DNA of 63,960 bases, the filler included, from Globobulimina sp. (lineage: Eukaryota), in assembly GCA_003354225.1 (NCBI GenBank). It is 42 parts of 42 records of this genome, joined end to end, with 100 filler letters (N's around TTAATTAATTAA, not from the genome) between each part and the next. Parts side by side here need not be neighbours in the genome. Positions count along the whole stretch, not along the records: positions 22,894 to 24,319 come from PIVH01016867.1; positions 24,420 to 25,845 come from PIVH01016868.1; positions 25,946 to 27,371 come from PIVH01016869.1; positions 27,472 to 28,897 come from PIVH01016870.1; positions 28,998 to 30,422 come from PIVH01016871.1; positions 30,523 to 31,947 come from PIVH01016872.1; positions 32,048 to 33,472 come from PIVH01016873.1; positions 33,573 to 34,997 come from PIVH01016874.1; 34 more parts are not named here. One strand, given 5' to 3'. Below are positions 23,855-35,097 of this stretch, in pieces (position 1 is the first letter of the stretch; the number at the start of each line of letters is the position of its first letter). Made by a program: the position numbers and the translations under genes. The notes under the pieces are model-generated. The model ran no database searches. It saw nothing but the letters and a program-made list of their open reading frames with translations, and had not been told where the DNA came from.

Positions 23855-23915
23855 TTATAACAGCCCGTACAGCAGACGCGAAGACGCCCGCGCTCCTGAC
23901 TATTAAACGTTATAT
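23855..23915 (+). mobile_element. attC-like site B (about 61 bp)
   Basis: TTATAAC..GTACAGCAGACGCG..CGCGCTCCTGAC..CGTTATAT: TAAC/GTTA ends and an imperfect palindrome with unpaired bases on the left arm. Confidence 0.75.
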
Positions 23916-24187
23916 TACTCTTCCTCATTATTAATAAATTCCAGTATTTCTTCCTCTGTTGGTGGTGTCCAGTTAGTTACTTTCCCAGTTTCAAGATCGA
24001 TGTTTAAAATAATGTAATCACCACCATGACTATTCGGCATAAGGCTGGGAACATACCCGTCTTCCTGCCCCCCAATCTCTTCACCATCTTGGTCAACAAT
24101 CACAGCTTGGAATCTATCAGTAACCTAACAGTGAATATGTATTTCCTTGGCTTCAACTTCTACAGTTTTTTTTACTCCGATTTTCAT
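23915..24187 (-). CDS. Conserved phage hypothetical protein with in-frame TAG at 24125-24127, carried in a cassette
   Basis: GGAG SD plus ATG 24187; MKIGVKKTVEVEAKEIHIHC*VTDRF...DGYVPSLMPNSHGGDYIILNIDLETGKVTNW resembles a recurring phage family. Confidence 0.7.
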
Positions 24188-24205
24188 ACAATTCTCCATT
24201 GAGTA

Positions 24206-24319
24206 ATATAACAAATAAATTAACGCTGACCGCCAGTCATCGGCGGTTCGCAAGTTTAATTACTTCTCAATTTTCTGTCCATTCGATCATGTTTTCCTCC
24301 TTAGTCGGCGGCAGGTTAT
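24206..24319 (+). mobile_element. attC-like site C (long type, truncated by the contig end)
   Basis: ATATAAC-AAATA-AATTAACGCTGACCGCC...GGCGGCAGGTTAT: paired arms with three unpaired bases on the left arm. Confidence 0.75.
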
Positions 24320-24438
24320 NNNNNNNNNNNNNNNNNNNNNNNNNNNNNNNNNNNNNNNNNNNNTTAATTAATTAANNNNNNNNNNNNNNNNNNNNNNNNN
24401 NNNNNNNNNNNNNNNNNNNAAAAACAGCTAAAATTATT

Positions 24439-24918
24439 ATGGATTACGGTGTGGGGAAAATAAAAAGTTGCACAAATCAGTGGTGTGACAGCAAAGTATT
24501 AGCATTGTATCGACATAAACAAAGATATAATGGAGAACCACATTATTGCCAAAGTTGTTTGAATCAGAAACGGAAATGTACATATTTAATATATGAAAAT
24601 GGGCAAAAACAACAATGTAATAACAACATTTGGTGTACAACAAATAAGTTCAAATTATGTGAGGTTTGTGAGACGACATTGATATGTTCAAAACACTTTG
24701 ATGACTTAATCAGATGTTCGACATGTGGCAGAATAGCATGTTGTAGTAATGACAAATGCGATTTTATTCATTGTGAAAGATGTGAAAGCTTACTTTGTAA
24801 CAAATGTTTGCAATCTGCTGATGATTTATATGGTGGATATAAAAGATGCAATCAATTGAAGAAAATGTGCAAATGTCAATATTGTAAATCGGTGGAGGAA
24901 TGCCTTTGTTTTTGCTAA
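24439..24918 (+). CDS. Cys-rich (multiple CxxC) protein
   Basis: Many CxxC pairs over 159 aa. Confidence 0.6.
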   Translation: MDYGVGKIKSCTNQWCDSKVLALYRHKQRYNGEPHYCQSCLNQKRKCTYLIYENGQKQQCNNNIWCTTNKFKLCEVCETTLICSKHFDDLIRCSTCGRIACCSNDKCDFIHCERCESLLCNKCLQSADDLYGGYKRCNQLKKMCKCQYCKSVEECLCFC

Positions 24919-24992
24919 TACTGTTTATTTAAATTAGTGCAGTAGTTTTTCCCAGAGTTTTTCAGAGAACTAACTGTGAGTCTGGTGTTGTC

Positions 24993-25787
24993 ATGTCACT
25001 TTGGAAGCGACTGTTTCGAAAATGTTGCGTCATCACTGGCGCTGCAGGTGGCATAGGACAAGGCATTGCCATTTTGTTTGCCGAACATGGGGCGAATTTA
25101 GTATTAATTGACATTGTTGATTGCAGTGCCACAATATCAAAAATCGATAAATATTCGCATAAGAATATAATGTGTATTAACTGTGATATTTCAAATGAAG
25201 AAAATATAATATCTGCAGCTCAATTAATTAAACAAAGGTTTGGCTCTGTCGACATATTAATAAATAATGCAGCTCGATTCATATTTCATTCTGTTCTGAC
25301 TGCATCGGACAAAGATTGGGACGATTCCTTATCAGTCAATATCAAGGGACATGCATTAATGTTGAAGCATATGGTGCCAATAATGAAGAAAGGAACAGAT
25401 GAAAAGCAAAATATTGGTGGCTCGGTGATTATGTTAGGCTCAGTGTCGTCGTTTATAGCCCAACCGAAATGTATTACGTATGCAGCCACCAAAGCGGCGA
25501 TGGTTCAAATTGCCAAAAACTCGGCTTTGGATTTGTGGAAAGATTATAAAATCCGCGTAAATACGGTCTGTCCAGGAACCATATTCACGGCTGCTTCAAT
25601 AAAGGAAATGAAAGATCATAAATGGAGTTTTGAAGAATGGGAAAGAATTAAATGCAAAGAACAAATTATTAAAAGGACTGGGACAGCAAAGGAGGTGGCT
25701 TTTGCATGTTTGTTTTTTGCCAGTGATGAATCAAAGTTTTGTACTGGAACATCGTTGATGGTGGATGGGGTACAAACTGCATTGTAA
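24993..25787 (+). CDS. Short-chain dehydrogenase/reductase
   Basis: TGAAGGIG, NNAA, YAATK, IRVNTVCPG. Confidence 0.93.
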   Translation: MSLWKRLFRKCCVITGAAGGIGQGIAILFAEHGANLVLIDIVDCSATISKIDKYSHKNIMCINCDISNEENIISAAQLIKQRFGSVDILINNAARFIFHSVLTASDKDWDDSLSVNIKGHALMLKHMVPIMKKGTDEKQNIGGSVIMLGSVSSFIAQPKCITYAATKAAMVQIAKNSALDLWKDYKIRVNTVCPGTIFTAASIKEMKDHKWSFEEWERIKCKEQIIKRTGTAKEVAFACLFFASDESKFCTGTSLMVDGVQTAL

Positions 25788-25945
25788 GTATTTGTAACAT
25801 TTGTTAGTTTGTACATGATTATATTGTTTTGTTCTTCCATTTGGCNNNNNNNNNNNNNNNNNNNNNNNNNNNNNNNNNNNNNNNNNNNNTTAATTAATTA
25901 ANNNNNNNNNNNNNNNNNNNNNNNNNNNNNNNNNNNNNNNNNNNN

Positions 25946-27023
25946 GAATGCATATACATTGTCAACAAGCTCCAATATGCTATCCTTTATTTTAATCGCT
26001 ATATTTCTTGGCAGTGAAAGTGTCGACGAACCAATATCAATGACAGAGCCATGGAAACCTGTTTTGTATAACGTCAGTATGTGATTTTGCGCTAAATCGC
26101 ATTAAAAAAAAACAAAAATAAAAACCTGTTTCTATGGATGATGTGTAATTTATATCGACAACGTTTTTGTTGCTGTTACTGGTGCTTTCCACTTTAAAGC
26201 CAACAGTTTTTACTTTATACCATCCATTATTGTTATATGTAGTGATGAATGGAGTCCATTTCAGTTCAATATCCAACGTATTCAGTTCAATATCCACAAT
26301 TTGCAAGGATCCAAATACCAACAAACCTGCGTTTGTACCAAAACAATGTGCAAACTGTTTCTCGCCTAATGTGTTTTCGCTATTATCCGCGTCGAATATT
26401 TGATTTAAAAAAGATGTCGAAGACATTGTAAGTCCCATCACACCATCGGCGCCTTGTTGATATACACTTTTTGCTTCGATCTCAGTGCAACCAAATACCA
26501 AACATAAATTTGTCACAGTCTGCAAAGATACTGTTGGATTGTTATAAAATGAAATTAAATCATTGCCCATCATTGCGGATATTGACGAACCATCATAGTA
26601 ACTTTGTTTCCATTCACATTGATCATTTATGCAATGTGCAGCTGAACCACATAATTTATTTTGGCAGGATATCCAAGCAAAATAGGCAGATTTATTGATA
26701 TTGAATGGAATATCATCATGTGTACCACAGTGAGTGCAGGTTGACTTGCAAGCAAAATACGGAAGAGCACTACCTGTATCTAATGCCATTTCTATGCGCT
26801 GTGGCAAAGGCGTTCCAATGTTTAATATTGCATAAAAATAATCGTTTGATACTGATGGATTGATGAACCCGTCTGTTAATAACGATATTTTACGGCGTCG
26901 ACGTATGTTGGAGCGTGGAACGGTGTTTATATGTTTTTTTAGCAGTTGGAATTTAGATTGAAAGGCATGCTTCACGCTGTATATTGAATGGAATATACAA
27001 AATATGAGCAACCAAGATGCCAT
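25946..27023 (-). CDS. Pepsin-like (A1) aspartic protease, intron 26059-26125, 3' partial
   Basis: Signal peptide, ALDTGS, Cys-rich insert, FGC and DGVMGL; after splicing the second site reads VIDIGSS. Confidence 0.85.
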
Positions 27024-27471
27024 GATGACGATTATTGAGAGGAAAAGTTTTTGTATATATACAAAATTTAAAGTGTTTATTGAAAATGGATTCTTGAAGT
27101 TAGTTTAATTTGAATTATGCGAATCAAAGTAGATAAATGGATTTTAGACAATTTAAAATCCAACAATAACAATCATAAACGAAGACACTCGATATGCGCA
27201 TCCTGGCCGCAATGCATATGTATTATTACCATATTTGTTCAATTAGTCATGATTACCATATATATGTACTACATTATGACAGACACTCCAAAGCTTTCAC
27301 CATCAGCAAACATAACATCATCTCTACGCAACCGAGAACACTCATTTACGCATCAAACAGAATCAGACTATNNNNNNNNNNNNNNNNNNNNNNNNNNNNN
27401 NNNNNNNNNNNNNNNTTAATTAATTAANNNNNNNNNNNNNNNNNNNNNNNNNNNNNNNNNNNNNNNNNNNN

Positions 27472-28897
27472 TTCTTGAGAGTATTACCGTCGACAGGTAC
27501 TGCTAAAATCTGTATGTATGACATCTGACGTATATCCTAATAAAAATATACAGTGTTAACCTTGGAATTTCACGATATGAAATTATTGCGCCTAGCGGTG
27601 CAGCCGATGCAGCCGATGTAGAGGCCGCATGTTTGGCAGAATATGGCACCAATGGCGCCTCAGTACATAATGCGGAAGAATTTAATACTGTGTACGATAT
27701 GTGTTCACAGCAAGCCATCAATCTTAACGGGGCTCAAGTGTATGGTTCTATATTATATAAATTTATATAAATTCATACAAATTTATCTAAATTTATACAA
27801 ATTTATATTTGATTTACGAGATATGATATATATATATATAATTGCATAAATAAGTTGTTGTTTAGGAGGCGATGACGTCGAAACACAGTCTGTCTGGCTA
27901 TGGAATGATGGTTCGGGTGATTTTTCGCCACCGACTGACAGATGGCCGGATGGATTATGGGCTGTGGGACAACCAAATAACGGAGGCGGCGAAGATTATG
28001 CATGTGTTGCCACTGCCGGCGGCACTGCCAATTGGAATAAAGGTTTACATGATTGCACGACTAATCACCCTTGTTATCCAATTTGGTATGTTCTATGCCA
28101 ATATATTTTGTCTATCCCTGTACGTACGGTATATTTCTACACAGCAACGCGCCGCCGGATTCCTGTGGGGGAACGGAAGCAGGCACCTTCGACTGGGATA
28201 CGCTGACTGCGGATGGTTTGGATGAGCCAGCATTTACCTGTGACATGACTGTGGATGCCGATTTATCGCTAAATATCCATGTCGAGTTAGATTATTTAGG
28301 CTTTACCTCTGGCGATGATAATGGCAAAGTGTACGGCACGACGTATGTCTTAGATTTTGAAGATTTTGATGCGCACAAACACGATTTGTCTGCGCCTGGA
28401 AGCTGTGAAAATCGAGTGAGCGGTTCCTTTGCTGGTAAAGCATTTAGTGAATGGTGGGAATATTCCGAAAACCCAGCGGGATTACGACAGATCGGCGAAG
28501 CAGGCAATTTTTTGGCATATCCACCAACGGATACGAGCATGTGGGCGATTAGTATGAAGACGGAGGATGAATGTGGTACGGTTGTGTACGATGGCGATTT
28601 CACATGGGATCAGTTGGTAAATTGCGACGATGGCACCGGTTTGGGGACGAGCATTGAAACTGTATCGGACGACTATTATTTAAATCTGACGGGCGTTTTT
28701 TATATAAATGTAGTGTCTCCGTTCGATTACGGCACGAATTTAGATTATTATCGCGTGTATCAATTATTGTCGAAACCGTTTATTATTTCTGTGAGCCGAA
28801 GTGTGTATGTTTTGGGCGAAACGGGTATCAATGTATTGACCATGTCTGTGATTGCTGTGTATAAAGAAGACAGCGAGAATACATTTCGCTTAATTTT
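27472..28897 (+). CDS. Multi-exon extracellular protein with a C-type lectin domain
   Basis: Spliced reading gives EAACLAEYGTNGASVHNAEEF...WLWNDGS...WAVGQPNNGGGEDYACV...LHDC; three apparent GT-AG introns. Confidence 0.7.
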
Positions 28898-29507
28898 NNN
28901 NNNNNNNNNNNNNNNNNNNNNNNNNNNNNNNNNNNNNNNNNTTAATTAATTAANNNNNNNNNNNNNNNNNNNNNNNNNNNNNNNNNNNNNNNNNNNNTTG
29001 TGAAAAATTTATTGTTCTGTTCGATACCACACCAACAAAAAAATGAGTAGTTGTGCCCCCATCGCTTTCCTTTAATATTCATAGTCCATGATATAAATGA
29101 AAGGTTATATTCGTTGCATTCAATACTCTGGATAGAATGCATTCCTTTCATTGGTTAAAGTCCACATTATAGTCACGTTTTGTGTTCCATTTGGTGTTGT
29201 GATATGTTCTGGAGATACTTTGATTGAGACATCACATCGTACAATACTGACTAAATGTAATAGTGATATCCAGAAGAAATGGTTTGTCATGCTGAAGCGT
29301 ATACTCTTGAACGAAAATACTCAAAGTGACTCAGCAAAACAGTTGTTGTGTTGGAAATTGGACGTTTCAACTTTCAATGCAGCTGTCATGATCATAACAG
29401 ATTTTTGTATCGGAAATTCGGGGTTCGGCGATTTCGGCGATTCTAAATTCATATCAATTTTAATTTATCCAATTCAATCATTTTGAAAATCATTATCAAC
29501 TTGTAAC

Positions 29508-30062
29508 ATGATTAACAAAGAACAGCAAAAGCAAGTAATTGACGCGAAATTGAAGCAAGAACCAGGAATATGTGGTCTGGATCTCAAAACATGCTTAATC
29601 ATCGCATTGGTTGGTTCCAGTGTGTTGCAGATATTTGGTGGTGATATTCTATCTACATTTGTAATTGTTTCCTGTAATATTTTTGCGATCATTGGAGTTA
29701 TCAACGGCAAAAGAAGTTATTTAATTGGTGCAAAAATCATTCAAATCTTTATCTGTTTTTGGATCGCAATTATGACATTCGTTTTTTTCATTTCAATTGT
29801 TGGTATTATTGCGGGAATTATTTCTTTTTGTTGCTTTTTTGTGCATCTATGGATTGTAAAAGCGATTAACAGAGCAACAAAGGTAATGGATCAAGTCAAA
29901 AGTGGAATGGGTGTGACAATCCCTGAACAAAGATCAATCCCTGTTCCGATTCCACAAGTGCAAGTTGTTTCTCAAGCTCCACCACCACCACCATATAATG
30001 GTGTCGAATTACCACCTTATGACACTTCAGAAGTTCCTGAAGGTGAAGCAATTTATACATAA
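29508..30062 (+). CDS. Four-TM membrane protein with PPxY motifs
   Basis: Four hydrophobic helices; PPPY and LPPY in the C-terminal tail. Confidence 0.75.
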   Translation: MINKEQQKQVIDAKLKQEPGICGLDLKTCLIIALVGSSVLQIFGGDILSTFVIVSCNIFAIIGVINGKRSYLIGAKIIQIFICFWIAIMTFVFFISIVGIIAGIISFCCFFVHLWIVKAINRATKVMDQVKSGMGVTIPEQRSIPVPIPQVQVVSQAPPPPPYNGVELPPYDTSEVPEGEAIYT

Positions 30063-30522
30063 TTTTTTTTTGAATTTAATGATTTCACAATCCAATGATA
30101 CATCGATACAAGCCAAATTAGCAAATTATAATTAATTAGTTATTCCGACATACATTGCACACCATGTAACCACACACAGAAACCAACATTTCAGTCAACA
30201 CAAAAATAAAACTGTTGCAGTGTAATGATGATATCTTGAACTAAAATCCTCAAAGTGCTTCAGAAAACCGCGTTGTTGAACAACCAATTGATCTGCGTTC
30301 AGTGCTGTTGTGTTGGAAATCGAACGTTTCAACTTTTCATTGCAGCTATCATAACAAATGTGTATATCGGAAATTCAGATTTCTGCGATTTCGGCGATTC
30401 TAAATTCATATCAATTTTAATTNNNNNNNNNNNNNNNNNNNNNNNNNNNNNNNNNNNNNNNNNNNNTTAATTAATTAANNNNNNNNNNNNNNNNNNNNNN
30501 NNNNNNNNNNNNNNNNNNNNNN

Positions 30523-31947
30523 AGTCAATTGCCTGCTGGGAGCGTGGATTAATTAAAAGTACTCATCCCACTCCTCCCCTGACCAGATTATAAAATTTAT
30601 AATTCATTTGAAAAATAGTCCTCCACATAGGAATTAGAAATTATTGGCAAAGAAATCCATTATTTAAATAGCACAATAAAAGTAAGTGAGAATGTGATAA
30701 CGAGCCAACATTATATCAAACCAATGAAATGTACCAATCCATTGGACCCTGACAGCCATCACAACAAAAACATATTTCATGCGATGCCAATTACATTATT
30801 ACAGGAAGTGAGAGTTGTGTCAGACGACCAATTCCTGCACAATTCAATGAGTAGAATCGTGTTGGAATTATTAAAAGCAGGCTACTCAAAAAATTCAGTA
30901 TTAAACACGTGGAGGAAATACACAAATATGTCGAAAATGGATTTATTAATCACATCAAAAGACAAATATAACTTAACCAAAATGAGAAAGCAATACGATT
31001 TCATACATGATCCGTATGAGGAACATTTAGCGTCAAATAAAAGGAAACTTGAAAATATGCCAAATAAAAACAACAAAAAACACCATAAAAAAAGGCAAAA
31101 TTCATTTTTTGATACAAATAAGATACAATTAATACTTAAACATCATCCAACCTTACCAAATATGGACAAAATTATGGATAAAATGTTCAATATTTTCAAA
31201 TTAGATCCGGAAATTTAAGGTAAATTCGGATTTATTAAGAGAAACGACATAGAAATTCACTATAAAAGAGATAAAAATGTGTCCGAACTATTACCAATCG
31301 GTTATTTACCAAAAGCATCGGAATTAAATTTAAATCCACAGCAAATTGCCAACGCACTAAATATTATTAAGAAAGCAAACAATGGCAACCAATTAAACAA
31401 TTATTTAATAAATGAATATCTGGATTTATCAAACAAATTATTATGCAAATCAAAGAATTATTTTATAACCAAATCTGGCATTATTACATTAAATTGGTTT
31501 AGAAAATGCAATGTGAATCTAAATAAATACTCATTTATTACTATAGAAATTATCAAATTAATTGCGGAGTATTTAATAATCAAAAAACAAAATGATATTC
31601 GATCATTTTGTATAACTCAAATCAACCAAAATAAGAAGATAAAACCCATAAAATTAGTAAAATCACCAAATGGTTGCTTTGGCTGTGCCAAAGGTTGTGG
31701 TATTTGCACAACAAAAAATAGAAACGGCACACATTTATTACTAAGCGGCGATTACTATATTTCTTCAAAACTAAATCGAAAAATCAAAATAAAACAACAT
31801 TTTAACTGTAACTCAAAATGGATCATATATGTAATGGTTTGTATTAACTGTGGCATTGAATCGATTGGTTCAACACAAAACGACGCAAAAATTAGAATAA
31901 ATCAACACAAAAACGCAATTATTTCGAATAAAGATGCATTCAAATAC
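30523..31947 (+). mobile_element. Decayed Penelope-like retroelement (RT C-terminus plus GIY-YIG endonuclease)
   Basis: HYIKP..NPLDPDSHH...AGYS, YKRDKNVSELL, CAKGCGIC and NCNSKWIIYVMVCINCGIESIGST...RINQH. In-frame TAA at 31216-31218 and frameshifts near 30630. Confidence 0.85.
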
Positions 31948-32049
31948 NNNNNNNNNNNNNNNNNNNNNNNNNNNNNNNNNNNNNNNNNNNNTTAATTAAT
32001 TAANNNNNNNNNNNNNNNNNNNNNNNNNNNNNNNNNNNNNNNNNNNNTA

Positions 32050-33036
32050 GTGCATATTGATGATTTCATTTTGGCAGCAAACAGTGTGGAGGAAGCAAGA
32101 GAAATGGCAAATAAATTTGATACAATGTGTGATCAGTTAAAAATAAATGTATCTCACGCAAAAGATGAAAATGCCATTCAAGAAGGTGTTGTACATGGTT
32201 TTGGTTTTGATTTAAATACAAAACATGTTTTCATACCAAACCATAAATTCAAGGAATTGCAAAAAGCATTACAATTAGTGATTCAATATCGCTATGCTTC
32301 AGGACATGCGTTAGAATCGATTTGCGGGAAAATGATGCATTGGGCACAGTTACGCAAACCTGCAAAAGTTTTATGCTATAGATTGCTTAATATGATACAT
32401 AAACAAATCCGACAGAATAAAAAATTGAAGAATAAAATATATTGGATACCAGATCTCATAATCCAAGATTTCAAATTCTGGTTGAAATACGCCAATTATA
32501 TGCGTATTGTATCTATGCAATCAGTAATACATCAACCATCAATAACGATAACAGGTGCAACAGATGCAAGCAGTGTTGGTGGCGGATTTATTGTCGGTGA
32601 ACACTATGCAAATTATCGATTTCTGGACACCATAAACTTGGAAGGAATGAATCATAGATATATGTCCATTAATTATCAAGAAGCACATGCCGTAATAATG
32701 TTAATTGATAATTTCAAATCATTCTTAACCGGCAGGAAGTTGCTATTATACATTGATAATACTTCGGTATTATTCAGTATGTACAGACATTGGGCGGGAA
32801 GCCATAAATTAATGGAATTTATCCAGGAAATAGTTCTTTTAATGTGTACATATTGTATTGAAATTCACGTTGAATTTATTCCATCGAAATTTAATGGTTT
32901 GGCCGATTCCCTTTCTAGATTTGAGATGGATCGTTTCCATGAAATTGTTAACGATTATAATATGTTAATAAATCAAAATCCTTCCAAATTGACTTATTAT
33001 CCCAATCTCACATTATTGAATAACCCTAACGACTAA
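32050..33036 (+). mobile_element. DIRS/Ngaro-type retrotransposon RT-RNase H (5' partial)
   Basis: VHIDDF, GFGFD, TDAS..GGG, SINYQEA, IDNTS and NGLADSLSR motifs. Confidence 0.9.
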
Positions 33037-33149
33037 AAAAGACACTGCTCACAAGTTTCCATGATTCAAACAACAACTGTAAGACTTTGAGAGTTTTTTA
33101 GTTTTTCATCCAGTATTTCACTAAATTATAAAAACGCTTTGTTGTTTGT

Positions 33150-33472
33150 TTGTATATCAACTTAGGAGTAACTTCGAAAGCAATATGGGCGGATCCAATG
33201 GCTCACGCAGACCCGATTACCACCAGAAATATCATACGTGATTTATTCAGAAAGAGACGAGTCACAACCAAATCGAACTATGTCTCAGTATTAAAAGATT
33301 GGTGGGGTTATTGTGTGGAACGTGGCAGAAACCCCTTTACAAAATATATTGATCCCAGAACTGCGATCTATTGGCAATATGATAGATGCTATAGATTGGG
33401 ATCTTGCAACTCACATAAAACATGGTCATCTGCGTTATCTTGGTATACAAAAGCGTGTGGTGGCTCGCCAAC
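33150..33472 (+). mobile_element. N-terminal (core-binding) part of the element's tyrosine recombinase
   Basis: TTKSNYVSVLKDWWGYC...SHKTWSSALSWY directly after RNase H, matching the T...Y......W..FC / S...Y.SAL pattern of YR N-termini. Confidence 0.7.
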
Positions 33473-35097
33473 NNNNNNNNNNNNNNNNNNNNNNNNNNNN
33501 NNNNNNNNNNNNNNNNTTAATTAATTAANNNNNNNNNNNNNNNNNNNNNNNNNNNNNNNNNNNNNNNNNNNNTAATGGGAAAATTAAATTTATTGTTATA
33601 TCCGAATTTGGAATCATTTAAACTTATTCATGTTAATAATACACGTTTTAAATATACAAAATTAAATCATACGAATTATTTATTTGTGGATTATTTATTG
33701 AAACAAAAAGTAAAATTATTAACAAATACAAAGTTAAAATATGCGGCATTTGAGCATCAGACATTGAATAAAAAGAAAGAGGTTAAATTACAACGCAAAC
33801 AATTTTTTAATGCACAAACTTGTTCAAAGAATTTATCGGAGAAAATATGTAAATTAATTACAGAATTAATGGTATTGGATGATGGTTTAAATTGTAATTT
33901 AGAATCACTCGAATTGAAACATGTTGGAATGTTACAAGCACATATTGATTATTTATCATTTTGGTTTGATGGTAAATTTGGAGCATTTAATGCTGAAAAA
34001 TACAATGTAATGAAAAGTGATTTGTTTTTAACTGACTTGTTATGCATTAGCCATAATAGTAATGTTTCTTAAATAATATTATTTATTAACCATAATAAGG
34101 TGATCGGAGCTCAACCTCTGCAGTTAAAACAAGCTTGACAAAATAGAAAAAACTCACAAAAAATATTCTTCACTAAAATGCAGTACTGAATCAAATGTGG
34201 AATCACTAACGACCTAATTTTCATTGTGGTGATCGGATTTCAACTTTTGGTGGTGATCGCTCACCACAATAAATTAGCGCAATAGTTGTGTCTGCCGTGA
34301 ATGATTGTTTTGGGATTCTCTTTGTGTGCGAATTTGGGCCAGAATTAATCCAAATTAAACAACAACAAGATTTTCAATAAAATATAATCTGCACTTATTT
34401 GGATATATATTATGGAATAATCTTACATTTTATTTATGGGACATATGCATCAACGTACAATGTTTGGTTGCAGTTTGCCCAAAGTTGGCATTAGACAGCA
34501 ACCATTCTCACTGCACTCATCACATGCAATCTTTCACCAAATCCTGTAATTCATTCTCCGTTGGTTGTAAATAATGATCTGGTCCTTGATGTGAATGGAC
34601 ACGGATCCCATCCTAAAATAAAATATAATATTAATATTAATATTGAATCTCTTGATAGATTCGTGACTGTTGATTATTATTAAATGGTAATTTACAATGC
34701 CAATGTTCTGGACTCATCACTCATATCTAATTTATTTTCATATTAAAATTTATTAACACAAAAATATATATTCTACCATACAATGGCATGCCTGTGAAGA
34801 TAATAAGATTTTTCATCATACACTACATTCCATGCATCCCATCATATAATCACAAAGTAGGAAAAACATCTTTAGGTGGGTTGTAAAAACTAAATGTCAC
34901 CAAACAAAAGAGAAAGTTAACAGCATCAATTCGCCCAAAAATATGCAAGAATAGTCACCAGAGTAGACATGGAAATTGTAACTATTCAACCAGAAGANNN
35001 NNNNNNNNNNNNNNNNNNNNNNNNNNNNNNNNNNNNNNNNNTTAATTAATTAANNNNNNNNNNNNNNNNNNNNNNNNNNNNNNNNNNNNNNNNNNNN

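Noticed and set aside
23541-23905. 36-nt direct repeat as a CRISPR array
   Set aside because: Only two copies, about 290 nt apart with a gene between, and no cas genes; attC structure explains it better.
27755-27842. AT-rich tandem repeat (AAATTTATA-like) and TA run
   Set aside because: Low-complexity intron sequence with no further structure.
30523-33472. Penelope GIY-YIG next to RT-RNase H-YR as one composite retroelement
   Set aside because: A spacer separates them, and contigs are ordered by length, so the adjacency is accidental.
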